A stretch of DNA of 64,000 nucleotides from an uncultured bacterium. GTDB lineage: Bacteria > Oederibacteriota > Oederibacteriia > Oederibacteriales > Oederibacteriaceae. Below the pieces are notes generated by a model. That model had not been told where the DNA came from, did not search any database, and saw only the letters and a program-made list of their open reading frames with translations. Made by a program: the position numbers and the translations under genes. Of this stretch, positions 1 to 9,176 are shown one piece after another (position 1 is the first letter of the stretch; each line of letters starts with the position of its first letter). The stretch covers positions 192,001-256,000 of the forward strand of contig OZ218778.1 of NCBI GenBank assembly GCA_965112635.1, written 5' to 3'.

Positions 1-727
1 CTTCGCCTCCGGCGTCCATGCAAAACTGGTAACTGGTGGCGCTGTCAAAAAGAAAGGCTTTGGCTTCCTGGACTTCCCCCTCATCATGGCGGGCAATGGC
101 CTGCAGATGCAGGCCCGCTAAACCCTTTTCCACGCAGCGTTTCCTCATCCATGCCACGGCCTTTTGCGTCTCGCTCACCCCACCCAGCCCGCTGATAAGG
201 TTGGGATATTCAAAAATGGAAAAAACGGGTTTATCTTTAATACGGTAGTAGCAATCCAGTTTCAGGTAGCGCTCGATGACCCGGTCAAACATGGGCTCCA
301 AGATGGGGCGGGCTACTTGCCCGGTCCACAACAAATTCTGCTCATCGGTGTGCATATTCCACAAAGAAGTGGCGTCATGGTTGGCCCACATCAGGTAGAA
401 CTTGGAGTCCGTGCCTTTTAGGGCCGGGATCAGGCCTTCGTTGAGCTGGCGCTCAAAGCAGGGAGCGTTTTCGTACCAATACCAGTCCATGATAAAAACA
501 TTGATGCCGTGCTCTTGCGCCAGCTGCACATGTTCCCGCATGACTTTGGGGTCGGCCTCGTCCTGGTACCCCAGGAGCGGGACGCGGGGCATGTAGTGGC
601 CCGGAAATCTCGGCGTCCCGCGCCGCACCGTATACCATTCGCCGTCCTTTTCCGGCCAGAATCTTTCCATACGCGGCTCATAATGATAGGAAGGCCAGAT
701 ATAAGCGGCCACATCGTATTTTTTCAC
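1..727 (-). CDS. Glycoside hydrolase family 99-like / WbsX-like protein, 3' end outside window
   Basis: Not in the ORF track. Hand translation from GTG at 727 gives MKKYDVAAYIWPSYH...GEWYTVRRGTPRFPGHYMPRVPLLGYQDEADPKVM...AQEHGINVFIMDWYW...KFYLMWANH, the typical GH99-like/WbsX motif series. Confidence 0.8.
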   Translation of the reverse strand, partial: MKKYDVAAYIWPSYHYEPRMERFWPEKDGEWYTVRRGTPRFPGHYMPRVPLLGYQDEADPKVMREHVQLAQEHGINVFIMDWYWYENAPCFERQLNEGLIPALKGTDSKFYLMWANHDATSLWNMHTDEQNLLWTGQVARPILEPMFDRVIERYLKLDCYYRIKDKPVFSIFEYPNLISGLGGVSETQKAVAWMRKRCVEKGLAGLHLQAIARHDEGEVQEAKAFLFDSATSYQFCMDAGGE

Positions 728-775
728 GGCTAAGGCTCTCTTTGTCAGGCAAATTTAAGGGTATTGGCGCAAATT

Positions 776-1051
776 TTATTTTTTATTCCTGGAACCAGGT
801 TTTGGCCGGCTATCCTCTGTTTTCATTTCCATATATTTCGCAAGGGCTTCAACCTGGGGACGCAATAGGTTCTGAAAACATTCTGGAATATGACCCTTAT
901 GCCTCAGATGACCCTGTACGCATAAAACACAATTACCCAGTATCGAACAATCATATTGAATACAGGGGCAATGCTTGTTCACCGATATTTTTTGGTCTCT
1001 CATATTTACCTTCAACATTTTTCTATAGGCAACGACATCGCACTTTTTCAT
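776..1051 (-). CDS. Small Cys/His-rich hypothetical protein
   Basis: 91 aa ORF in line with its neighbours, with an AGAGGAG RBS. Pattern CPC-x3-C-x5-C-x2-C-x3-H...PEC suggests metal binding. Confidence 0.6.
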   Translation of the reverse strand: MKKCDVVAYRKMLKVNMRDQKISVNKHCPCIQYDCSILGNCVLCVQGHLRHKGHIPECFQNLLRPQVEALAKYMEMKTEDSRPKPGSRNKK

Positions 1052-1070
1052 GGCCCAACTCTCCTCTTTA

Positions 1071-1649
1071 TCACGCGGGTTTCAGGGTTTTGATCAGCCA
1101 GGCAATGGTTTCGCCCAGGTCCTGCATATTGGCCAGTCCTTCGCTGTCATTGGCCACTTCGCCTTTTTCCCTGCCGACCCCGAAATTCCAGTAGGTTGAC
1201 CCCGGCACGATCATCCGGGACATCAGGAACATATGGTTGATGGAGTCCAGGACATGGATGGCGCCTCCGCGCCGATGGGCCACCACAGCCGCCCCGATCT
1301 TGCGGTCAAAAAGCCTGCCGTTGGCTAGGGCCACATAGCCGGACCTGTCTATCAGGGCTTTCAGTTCCGGAGTCATATCGGCAAAATAAGTCGGCGACCC
1401 CAGGATGATGGCATCGGCCTCGATCATCTTGGCGATGCAATCATTGACCATATCGGTCGTGATGACGCATTTCCTATCCTTGGTCTCCCGGCACTTCATG
1501 CAGGCCGTGCAGCCGCGGATCGCTTTGCCGCCGACCTGCACCAGCTCTGTTTCTATCCCGGCCGCCGCAATGGGCTCCAGGACTTTTTTGAGCAAAAATT
1601 CCGTATTCCCGCCCTTGCGCGGGCTTCCGTTGAACGCTACAGCTTTCAT
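1071..1649 (-). CDS. Flavodoxin family / iron-sulfur flavoprotein (NADPH-dependent FMN reductase fold)
   Basis: NGSPRKGGNT, CTACMKC-x6-C cluster motif, GSPTYF, LKALIDR. Confidence 0.9.
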   Translation of the reverse strand: MKAVAFNGSPRKGGNTEFLLKKVLEPIAAAGIETELVQVGGKAIRGCTACMKCRETKDRKCVITTDMVNDCIAKMIEADAIILGSPTYFADMTPELKALIDRSGYVALANGRLFDRKIGAAVVAHRRGGAIHVLDSINHMFLMSRMIVPGSTYWNFGVGREKGEVANDSEGLANMQDLGETIAWLIKTLKPA

Positions 1650-1660
1650 CTTTTTCCTCC

Positions 1661-3961
1661 CTATTCTTTAATAGCCTTGTCCCAGCTTTTCATCGTGATA
1701 TTTTTCCCGCTGTTACCGGTGACCAGCAGTTTGACCACGGCGCAGCAAGTATAACCGTTAAGAGGCACCGTGATGATGGACCCGTCAAAGGTGAACTTCG
1801 TGTCCCTGGGCTTTTTATCCCCCGGATACATCACCTGCACCTTGCCGATATCATACCCGCGCCTGACCCTGAAATAGGCCGTGTGCGGGGCCGAGTATTC
1901 CACTTTATCCAGGCTGTTGATATTGTCGCTCCGGATGCCGGCGATATAGTCGTCCTTGACGGTAAAGATCTGGCCCACCATCCCGTGGTTGAGCCGCATC
2001 GGGTCAGGCTCAAAGCACAGCACCCTTCTCCGGAAAAGCTCATACAACGGACGATACCGGCCGTAAAGCTTGGCGTAAAAATCCAGCTGTTTCGCGGCCC
2101 TGTCCGTTTTTCCCCAATAGTCAGCGCTGGGCACGGTCGGAAAACCGCCCAGGACCACGGTCCTTTTGAGATTCTCTTCCGTCACTTCCTCGCCCGGACG
2201 ATAGAACAGCTTGATGAACGGCTTGGCGATGGCCGCGTAAAACAGGGTCATTTCACTGTCATCGTCCCCCTCCTGCAGCATGCAGTCGGTGTATTTCATG
2301 CTCCGGATGGTGGCCGGCCGGTTGGAAAAATTGCTCATGCCGCGTTCCAAAAGCATCTTTTTGATGGCTGCGCCGACGTCGTCGTAGCCGAAGCTGAGGC
2401 TGTAAGCCGGCCTGTTATTGATGACCGTGATGCCGTCCTCATGCCCGAAATCAATGTCCACGTGGGAGCAGGCGTCGTAAAAAAAGCCGTTGATTTCGGG
2501 ATACTCTTTCAATATTTTCGCGGCGTTATCCAGGATATGCCGGCCAAAAGAATAGGCCAGGTCCGGGTTCATCAACCGGCACATGAACCACCCGCTGCCC
2601 TTGTCACTGCCGTCCTGGTTCTTGGCCACGGAGTCGGCAAATCCCTTGTCCGCCCAGGGCATGAACCCGTCGGAGAAATTGATGTAGTAGTAAACATTGA
2701 CCCCCGCCTCATGGCACTTTTTCATGGCCGCGTGGGTCATGGCCCGCGAGGTGTCGAACCAGTTGCTGCCGAACTTCTCTTTGACCTCCGCGTCCGACAT
2801 CTCCTGATCTTGACGCCAGCATTCCGCCGGGTCCATCTTGTCCCCGCTGCGGTGGAAGATTTCTTCTAGCAGCATGACCCGTCTGAATTTTACCGTTTCC
2901 GGAAAATACTCGCCGTACCACGGAAAATTACCATGGAACTCTAAATATTGGAGGCCCATTTTACGGTAATTTTCCAGGCTATCCGCCGTATCCTTGCTCC
3001 CGCAGTTAAAAATCCCGGCCCGGTTGAACACGTCCTTGTTCTGCGGGTCAAAACAATCCCTGAACCTCTCATAGGCCAGGCCCAGGCCCGGCCTCCAGTC
3101 GCCCTCATGGAAAAATATCCGGCAGCTGGTGTGCATAACTTTCTGCCTGATGAGGCCGATGCAGCTGTTGACGACCTCCAACTGGGGCAGGTCCCCGGCC
3201 TCCTTTTCACAGCCCCGGTAAATAACCTTGTCCCCGCTGGAATACCTGAAAGTAGTGAGCGGTATCCTCTCGTCAAAAGGCACGATGACCGAATAACCCA
3301 CGTCCAGGCCTTTGCTGAAATGGGAAACAATGGGAACAATGATGTTGGTGTCCGGGCCGTAAGGGGTGCTTCCGTAGACATACTGGAAAGGGGCTTCGTC
3401 GTCAAAAGTGAACTGCCCCTTGCCCGAGGGCGCCCATACTTCCCAGCCGTAAATGACGGGCAGGCAAAAATGGACCTGCAAACTCCTGTCCGGCGCCGAG
3501 TCCGTTTTTTTCCTGGCCTCGACCTGCCAGTTCAGGGAATCGTTATCCAGGGTCAGGGTCTCCCGGAGCGTAAAATCCGCCCCTTTAAAATCCTTGGTGA
3601 ACGAAACCGCCCTGTCGTCCGCCTTAAAATCCTCTATCGTGAAATTTTTATCCAGGTCATTGAACCACTGTTTAGTCAGCTCGTCATAAAGCCGCAGGCC
3701 TCCCAGGTAATCTTGGGTATCCACTTTTTTCAGGTTCAATTTCTGTTTCAAAAGGTCAACACCCTTGTCTTTCCAGACCAGGGAGCTGAGCCAGCCTGTT
3801 TCCTTGCTCAGGCCTAGCTTGACCATGCTGTTTTCCAGGTAAATAACACCCTGGTCGGAAGGAGATTCCCCTCCTCCAGCAATACCCGCCAGCCCCAGCC
3901 ACACAACCGCGGCCAGGAAACTGACGGCCTTATAGGTTTTATTCTTTCCTCTTAGTGTCAT
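1661..3961 (-). CDS. Secreted putative glycoside hydrolase (TIM-barrel-like core), family unassigned
   Basis: N-terminal signal-like segment. N-terminal beta-sandwich-like LENSMVKLGLSKETGWLSSL, then KCHEAGVNVYYYINFSDG and INGFFYD, which resemble clan GH-D/GHL barrels. ATG 3961 has a GGGAGGG RBS; the ORF track extends to 3994. Confidence 0.55.
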   Translation of the reverse strand: MTLRGKNKTYKAVSFLAAVVWLGLAGIAGGGESPSDQGVIYLENSMVKLGLSKETGWLSSLVWKDKGVDLLKQKLNLKKVDTQDYLGGLRLYDELTKQWFNDLDKNFTIEDFKADDRAVSFTKDFKGADFTLRETLTLDNDSLNWQVEARKKTDSAPDRSLQVHFCLPVIYGWEVWAPSGKGQFTFDDEAPFQYVYGSTPYGPDTNIIVPIVSHFSKGLDVGYSVIVPFDERIPLTTFRYSSGDKVIYRGCEKEAGDLPQLEVVNSCIGLIRQKVMHTSCRIFFHEGDWRPGLGLAYERFRDCFDPQNKDVFNRAGIFNCGSKDTADSLENYRKMGLQYLEFHGNFPWYGEYFPETVKFRRVMLLEEIFHRSGDKMDPAECWRQDQEMSDAEVKEKFGSNWFDTSRAMTHAAMKKCHEAGVNVYYYINFSDGFMPWADKGFADSVAKNQDGSDKGSGWFMCRLMNPDLAYSFGRHILDNAAKILKEYPEINGFFYDACSHVDIDFGHEDGITVINNRPAYSLSFGYDDVGAAIKKMLLERGMSNFSNRPATIRSMKYTDCMLQEGDDDSEMTLFYAAIAKPFIKLFYRPGEEVTEENLKRTVVLGGFPTVPSADYWGKTDRAAKQLDFYAKLYGRYRPLYELFRRRVLCFEPDPMRLNHGMVGQIFTVKDDYIAGIRSDNINSLDKVEYSAPHTAYFRVRRGYDIGKVQVMYPGDKKPRDTKFTFDGSIITVPLNGYTCCAVVKLLVTGNSGKNITMKSWDKAIKE

Positions 3962-4174
3962 CCAACCCTCCCTTTTTTCTCCCACTTGGGTCAAAACCCC
4001 GGCCTTGCCAAAGGCTCTGCACAGTTCCCCCTGAAGGTTGCGGGTTTTTAGAATTATACCACCTTGGCCTTGGCCCGCTGACCTGTTCCCCTCAAGCTAT
4101 TTTCTGTTCAAAAGGCCTTGACCAGGCATTTAAAGTCCTTAGAATGATGCGGTAGGAACATTGGAGCCAATCAA

Positions 4175-4849
4175 ATGATTGGGAAGGAACCAGGCATGCC
4201 CGACCAGCCAGACAACGCTACTCAAAGCCCAGAACAGCCTACAACGCTCCCCCCCAGGAAAGTAGTTTGCCCGAAACACAACCTCACCTACGACGCCAAC
4301 CTCTATGACGGCTGCGCGGTCTGCCGGATGGCCCAGAAACACCAGGAGGAAATGGACAGGAAATACGGGAAATTCGCCACGCCCCTGATGCTCATCCTGC
4401 TGGTGGTCCTGGGGTACGCCTTATGGTCGCTTTTGGACCACTATCATTTGCTGGGCATACAAGTCCAGGGCCAAAACAGGACCAGGGGCCTGCAGGTGGA
4501 CCCCGCGCCTTACCAGATAGAGATCCAAAACCTGGAAACTAAACTGTATTCCGGGGACAGTTTTTCCCAGCAGGATGGCCAGGACATTGCCCTGGCCGTG
4601 CAGGTTATAGGGGATAGAATGGTGGACAACCGCAGCAGGGCCGTCAGCGCCGGAGGGGCCCTTTTGGAAACTTTCAGCTCGCAGATAGGCTCCACGGCCC
4701 GTTCCCTGGACCAAAACCCCGACCCCGGCCTGAAACAGACCTGGGTCCGCCAATGGCAGGACCTTAGGGCCGGTATCTTTAATCAAGCGGCCTGGTTCCA
4801 CCAGCCCTTGACCACTACGGCCCAGCCCGCCCCTGCTCCGGCCCCTTAA
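4175..4849 (+). CDS. Hypothetical single-pass membrane protein with N-terminal CxxH...CxxC motif
   Basis: CPKH...GCAVC, then hydrophobic LMLILLVVLGYALW and a helical C-terminal region. Alternative start at 4196. Confidence 0.65.
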   Translation: MIGKEPGMPDQPDNATQSPEQPTTLPPRKVVCPKHNLTYDANLYDGCAVCRMAQKHQEEMDRKYGKFATPLMLILLVVLGYALWSLLDHYHLLGIQVQGQNRTRGLQVDPAPYQIEIQNLETKLYSGDSFSQQDGQDIALAVQVIGDRMVDNRSRAVSAGGALLETFSSQIGSTARSLDQNPDPGLKQTWVRQWQDLRAGIFNQAAWFHQPLTTTAQPAPAPAP

Positions 4850-4874
4850 TTTTTCCCAGCGCTCCCGGGCCGTT

Positions 4875-5840
4875 TCAGGCCCAGTGCATCTTGCCCATTT
4901 TTTCCTTGATGACGATCTGCTTTAAGAACGCCACGGCCTTGAGAAAACCGTCTTCCATGGACATCAGGCTGTCCTCATGCTCGATGGAGAGCACATCGTC
5001 GTAACCGGCCATGATGAGGTTGCTGATGATGTCTTTCCAGACCATGGCGTCATGGCCGAACCCCACGGTGCGGAATATCCACGAACGATGTAGCTCGTCC
5101 CCGTAATGCTTGGTGTCCAGCACGCCGTTCTTGCCGGAGTTGATGGGGTCGATGCGGCAATCCTTGGCGTGGAAAAAGTGGATGGCGCCCTTCAGGGTGC
5201 GGATGACCGCCGGAAGGTCCATGCCCTGCCAGAACAAATGGCTCGGGTCCAGGTTGGCGCCGATGACCGGCCCCACGGCGTCCCGCAGCCTGAGACAGGT
5301 CTCGGGATTATAAACCACAAAACCCGGATGCATTTCCAGGGCTATCTTCGTGACGCCCCGTTTTTTCGCGTAGGCCACCGCTTGTTTCCAGTAAGGGATG
5401 ACCTGTTTGTTCCACTGCCAGTCCAATATTTTCAAAAAATCATCGGGCCAGGGACAGGTCACCCAGTTGGGGTATTTGGAACTAGCCGAATCGCCCGGGC
5501 AACCGGAAAAGGTCACTATCCTTTTGATGCCCATCTTGGAAGCCAGGTCCACGGTCTGCCTGAAAACTTTATCGTGCGCCGCAGCAATTTTGCGGTCCGG
5601 ATGCAGGGGGTTGCCGTGGCAGCTCAGGGCGCTTATCTCCAGCCTGCGGGACTCCGCGGCGGCTAGGAAACTCCTGCGCAGGCCTTCGTCAGCCAGCAAT
5701 TTTTTCGGGTCGCAGTGGCTGTTGCCCGGGTAATTTCCCGTGCCCACCTCCACGGCTTCGACCCCGGCGGCCGCGATCCTGTCCAGGGCCTGTTCCCAGG
5801 GCTCCTGCCCGAAAATTACCGCAAATACACCTATTTTCAT
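4875..5840 (-). CDS. Sugar phosphate isomerase/epimerase (xylose-isomerase-like TIM barrel)
   Basis: ALSCHGNPLHP, IALEMHPG, NLDPSHLFWQ, HAKD, SIEHED metal-binding motifs. Confidence 0.9.
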   Translation of the reverse strand: MKIGVFAVIFGQEPWEQALDRIAAAGVEAVEVGTGNYPGNSHCDPKKLLADEGLRRSFLAAAESRRLEISALSCHGNPLHPDRKIAAAHDKVFRQTVDLASKMGIKRIVTFSGCPGDSASSKYPNWVTCPWPDDFLKILDWQWNKQVIPYWKQAVAYAKKRGVTKIALEMHPGFVVYNPETCLRLRDAVGPVIGANLDPSHLFWQGMDLPAVIRTLKGAIHFFHAKDCRIDPINSGKNGVLDTKHYGDELHRSWIFRTVGFGHDAMVWKDIISNLIMAGYDDVLSIEHEDSLMSMEDGFLKAVAFLKQIVIKEKMGKMHWA

Positions 5841-5855
5841 GACCTTTTCCTCCTT

Positions 5856-7007
5856 TTAATTTTTGATCTTTACCCAGCGTTTGGTCTTGGCCGAACGCTC
5901 CACAGCTTCCAAAACCTCCTGGCAGGCCACGCCGTCCGCGAAATTGGGCGTCGGCGATTGGTGCTCGCTGAAAGCGTTGAGGACCTCGTAGATCTGGTGC
6001 ACGAACCCGTGCTCGTAACCTAGGATGTGCCCTGCCGGCCACCAGTGTCCGGCATAGGGGTGGTCGCCTTCGGTCGCCAGGATGTCCTTGAAACCCTGCT
6101 CCCGGCCCGGCTGGGTGCGGTCGTAGAATTTCAGGCGGTTCATATCCTCGAAGTTGAACACCAGGCTGCCCTTGGAGCCATTGATCTCGAACCCGTTGAA
6201 ATTCTTCCGGCCCGTGGCAAAACGGCTGGCCTCAAAAGAGCCCACCACCCCGTTCTTGAACCTGGCCAGGAACACGGCCGTGTCGTCCACCGTGACCTTG
6301 GCCTTGCCCTTGCCGGCCCTGGCGACCAGGCCGTCCATGGAGGCCGGGACGCTGCGTTCCTTGATAAAGGTCTCGGTCATGCCGCAAACTTCGCCGATGT
6401 CGCCCACCAAAAACCTGGCCATGTCGATGGAGTGCGCCGCGATGTCGCCCAGGGCCCCGGAGCCGCTGAGCTTCTTGTCCAGTCTCCAGACCATGGGGAA
6501 CTTGGGGTCCACGATCCAGTCCTGCAAATAGACCGAGCGCCAGTGGAACAGCCTGCCCATTTTTCCCTGCTCAACGAACTGTTTGGCCAGGCTCACTGCC
6601 GGAGAAAAGCGGTAGTTAAAGATGATGGCGTGCTGGACCTTGGCTTTTTTTGCGGCCACCAGCATGGCTTTGGCTTCCGCCAGCGTATTGGCCAGGGGTT
6701 TTTCGCAAAGGACCTGCTTGCCCGCCTTGATGGCTTCCATGACCATGGGATAGTGCATGTCCCCGGACGCGACCACGTCCACCATGTCGATGTCGGACCT
6801 GCGCACGGTCTCTTTCCAGTCTGTGGAAACCTCCTGCCAGCCGAAACGCCGGGCCAGCTCCGCAGCTCCGGCGTAGTTCCTGCCGCACACCACGGCCATC
6901 ACGGGCATGGCCTTGGGGTCAAAGAACTGCGGGATGCGGGAGTAGGCGTTGCTGTGCGCCTTTCCCATGAATTTATACCCCAGCATGGCTATCCTGATCT
7001 CTTTCAT
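5856..7007 (-). CDS. Gfo/Idh/MocA oxidoreductase (levoglucosan-dehydrogenase-like)
   Basis: GYKFMGKAHS, CEKPLA, FNYR, GSGALGDIAAHSID, WWPAGHILGYEH. Confidence 0.9.
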   Translation of the reverse strand: MKEIRIAMLGYKFMGKAHSNAYSRIPQFFDPKAMPVMAVVCGRNYAGAAELARRFGWQEVSTDWKETVRRSDIDMVDVVASGDMHYPMVMEAIKAGKQVLCEKPLANTLAEAKAMLVAAKKAKVQHAIIFNYRFSPAVSLAKQFVEQGKMGRLFHWRSVYLQDWIVDPKFPMVWRLDKKLSGSGALGDIAAHSIDMARFLVGDIGEVCGMTETFIKERSVPASMDGLVARAGKGKAKVTVDDTAVFLARFKNGVVGSFEASRFATGRKNFNGFEINGSKGSLVFNFEDMNRLKFYDRTQPGREQGFKDILATEGDHPYAGHWWPAGHILGYEHGFVHQIYEVLNAFSEHQSPTPNFADGVACQEVLEAVERSAKTKRWVKIKN

Positions 7008-7039
7008 ACAACCCCTCCTTTTATCCTAAAATGATGACT

Positions 7040-8056
7040 TTAACCGTTTTTCCTTGCGGGCAAAGGCTTTCCGTAAAGCTTTTCCGACCACTTGCTGAAC
7101 GCGTCGTACATATAGGGTTTGACAGTAGGGTCATTCACGCCGATGGCCTCGCCGTCCCCGTAATCGCTGAACACAAACCCTCCCTGGGGAGAGGCCCAGT
7201 GGGTCATCAGGTCGGCCGCATCCGCGTCGATCTTTTTCCTGTCTCCCGTGGGCAGGGTCGCCTGGATGTCGGCCAGGCTGTGGAAAGCGATGCGTCCGCG
7301 GTACCTCCGGCCTATCTCCTCGATGCCCAGGGCGCGCGGCTGCTGGAGGTTGACGCTGTTGACCCCGGCCTGGATGTAACCTTCGATGAGGTCGTTGATG
7401 CGGCCGCAGGAGTGCAGCCACACGTCCGCCCCTGTCTCGTGCATGGCGTCGAAGATGCGCTTGTAACGGGGCAGGAAAAAATCCATCCAGAGCTTATAAC
7501 TGACAAAGGAGTTCTGCTGGGTGCCCCAGTCGTCGGTCATGTCCCACCCGTTGATGCGGCCCGGGAACCGCCTGGCCGTCTCGCGGACAAAGGTCACGTG
7601 GGCCTCCACGATGCGGTCCGCCAGCTCTTCCATGGCCGGCCTGTCCGCGTAAAGGTCGGCCAGCGTGTTCTCGAAGCCGTGCAAAGAGTGCATCCTCTCA
7701 AAAAGAACCATAAAGATGCTGGCCATCACATATTTATTTTCGGATTCGGCTAGGGCGACCAGGGCGTGGGCCTCGGTAAAGCGGCTTTCTTTTTTGAAAT
7801 TGGGGACGGACAGCTTGTCCATTTTGGAGATATCTGCAAGCGGGTGGTCGGTGACCTGTCCCATGTTGTTGACCTCGGTCCTGCTCCACACGCAGCCCCA
7901 TTCGTCTTCGGCCTGCTTGAGGCCAGGCTCTAGCGGGTTACTGACGGCCCCGAGGACCCCCCGGGCGTCGCTGACCCCCAGGCTGTCCATAAAAACAGGA
8001 AGACGCTCCGGCTTTTCCTGCCGCAGCGCCCGGCGAACGATCTCTTTTGATGTCAT
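7040..8056 (-). CDS. Uroporphyrinogen decarboxylase / MtbA-like family protein
   Basis: DEWGCVW, DDWGTQ, WLHSCG, DIQATLP and GGFV motifs of the URO-D/CIMS-like barrel. Confidence 0.85.
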   Translation of the reverse strand: MTSKEIVRRALRQEKPERLPVFMDSLGVSDARGVLGAVSNPLEPGLKQAEDEWGCVWSRTEVNNMGQVTDHPLADISKMDKLSVPNFKKESRFTEAHALVALAESENKYVMASIFMVLFERMHSLHGFENTLADLYADRPAMEELADRIVEAHVTFVRETARRFPGRINGWDMTDDWGTQQNSFVSYKLWMDFFLPRYKRIFDAMHETGADVWLHSCGRINDLIEGYIQAGVNSVNLQQPRALGIEEIGRRYRGRIAFHSLADIQATLPTGDRKKIDADAADLMTHWASPQGGFVFSDYGDGEAIGVNDPTVKPYMYDAFSKWSEKLYGKPLPARKNG

Positions 8057-8086
8057 AACCTGTACCCTCCTCTCAGGGAGGATATT

Positions 8087-9157
8087 CTAGTATTTCCCGG
8101 CTTCTTTGACCACATCCATGGTCGCTTTAAAATCCTTGAGGCTGACTAAGGGCGGGATGGAGTGGTCCGTGGCATAGATATAACCGCCATTCTGCTTCAT
8201 GGCCGGCACGATTTTCCGTATCTCCGCCTGCATGGCTTCGGGCCTGTCCCACAAAACCGCGTTGATTCCACCGTGAAAAGTGAGCTTTTGGCCGTATTTT
8301 TGCTTTAAAGCCACCGGGTCCATCCCGGCTTTGACTTCCAGGGGATTGAGCACATCCACCCCCATGGCCACCAGTTCCGGGACAAAGGGGTTCACGTCCC
8401 CGCAGGAATGCAGGAAGACTTTCATTCCCTTTTGGTGCGCCCAGTCAATGGCGCGTTGGTGCACGGGTTTAAGCAATTCGCGGTAGGTCTTGAGGGAAAA
8501 GAACTGGCTCTTTTTGTAGCCCATGTCATCCCACCACCGCATCCCGTCGAACTCATAGCCCGCCTCCAGGATCATCTCAAAAAGTGCGATGTTCATGTCC
8601 AGCTCGTGGTTGAACATCTCCACGCACCACTCCGGCTCCTCCAGCAAAGCCATCAGGAACCGTTCGGTCCCCACAATACCGGCGTGAGTGATGTCAAATC
8701 CGAACCAGAACGCGGCATTGAGCCAGGCCCCGTCCTTCCTCCAGGTTGCATAATTTTCCTGCAGCCTGGCCCAGTCTATCCTGTCCTTGGTGGGAGTGAT
8801 CCTTTTTTTGACCTCTCTCCAGGAGTCCGGGTCCACCACCGTAAATTTCAGAAACTCGGGGGTGGAATCCATATGCGTCCAGGTTTTTTGGGTCGCGCCC
8901 CAGTTGGTGGTATAGATGGTGTATTCCGGGGTTTTTTCTATATCCACTTCGGGAAAGCGGGGGCTCCCATCTACCTTGAACTCTGCGATCTTATCCAGAT
9001 CAAAAAAATCTATCCAGTCCGCGCCCTCAGGCATGCCCTCTTTGACCCATCTTTCCTCTGTGGCCCGCCACGGGTAATCATAGATAGGGACGCGGTCAGC
9101 CTCCTGGTGGTTGATCATCCTGGTCATGCGTTCCTTGGTCGTCATTTTCACAGCCAT
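8087..9157 (-). CDS. Uroporphyrinogen decarboxylase / MtbA-like family protein
   Basis: MTTKERM...DRVP, DDMGYK, LHSCG, NPLEVKAGMD, GGYIYATDHSIP. Confidence 0.88.
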   Translation of the reverse strand: MAVKMTTKERMTRMINHQEADRVPIYDYPWRATEERWVKEGMPEGADWIDFFDLDKIAEFKVDGSPRFPEVDIEKTPEYTIYTTNWGATQKTWTHMDSTPEFLKFTVVDPDSWREVKKRITPTKDRIDWARLQENYATWRKDGAWLNAAFWFGFDITHAGIVGTERFLMALLEEPEWCVEMFNHELDMNIALFEMILEAGYEFDGMRWWDDMGYKKSQFFSLKTYRELLKPVHQRAIDWAHQKGMKVFLHSCGDVNPFVPELVAMGVDVLNPLEVKAGMDPVALKQKYGQKLTFHGGINAVLWDRPEAMQAEIRKIVPAMKQNGGYIYATDHSIPPLVSLKDFKATMDVVKEAGKY

Positions 9158-9176
9158 TTACGAAAACTCCCTTCTG

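Noticed and set aside
1883-3817. Long plus-strand ORFs opposite minus-strand genes (also 6027-7034, 47144-48178, 50717-51736)
   Set aside because: Typical GC-rich antisense open frames over genes with clear family motifs.
7040-9157. hemE call for the UroD-like genes
   Set aside because: They lack the RQAGR motif of true uroporphyrinogen decarboxylase and sit in a sugar operon.
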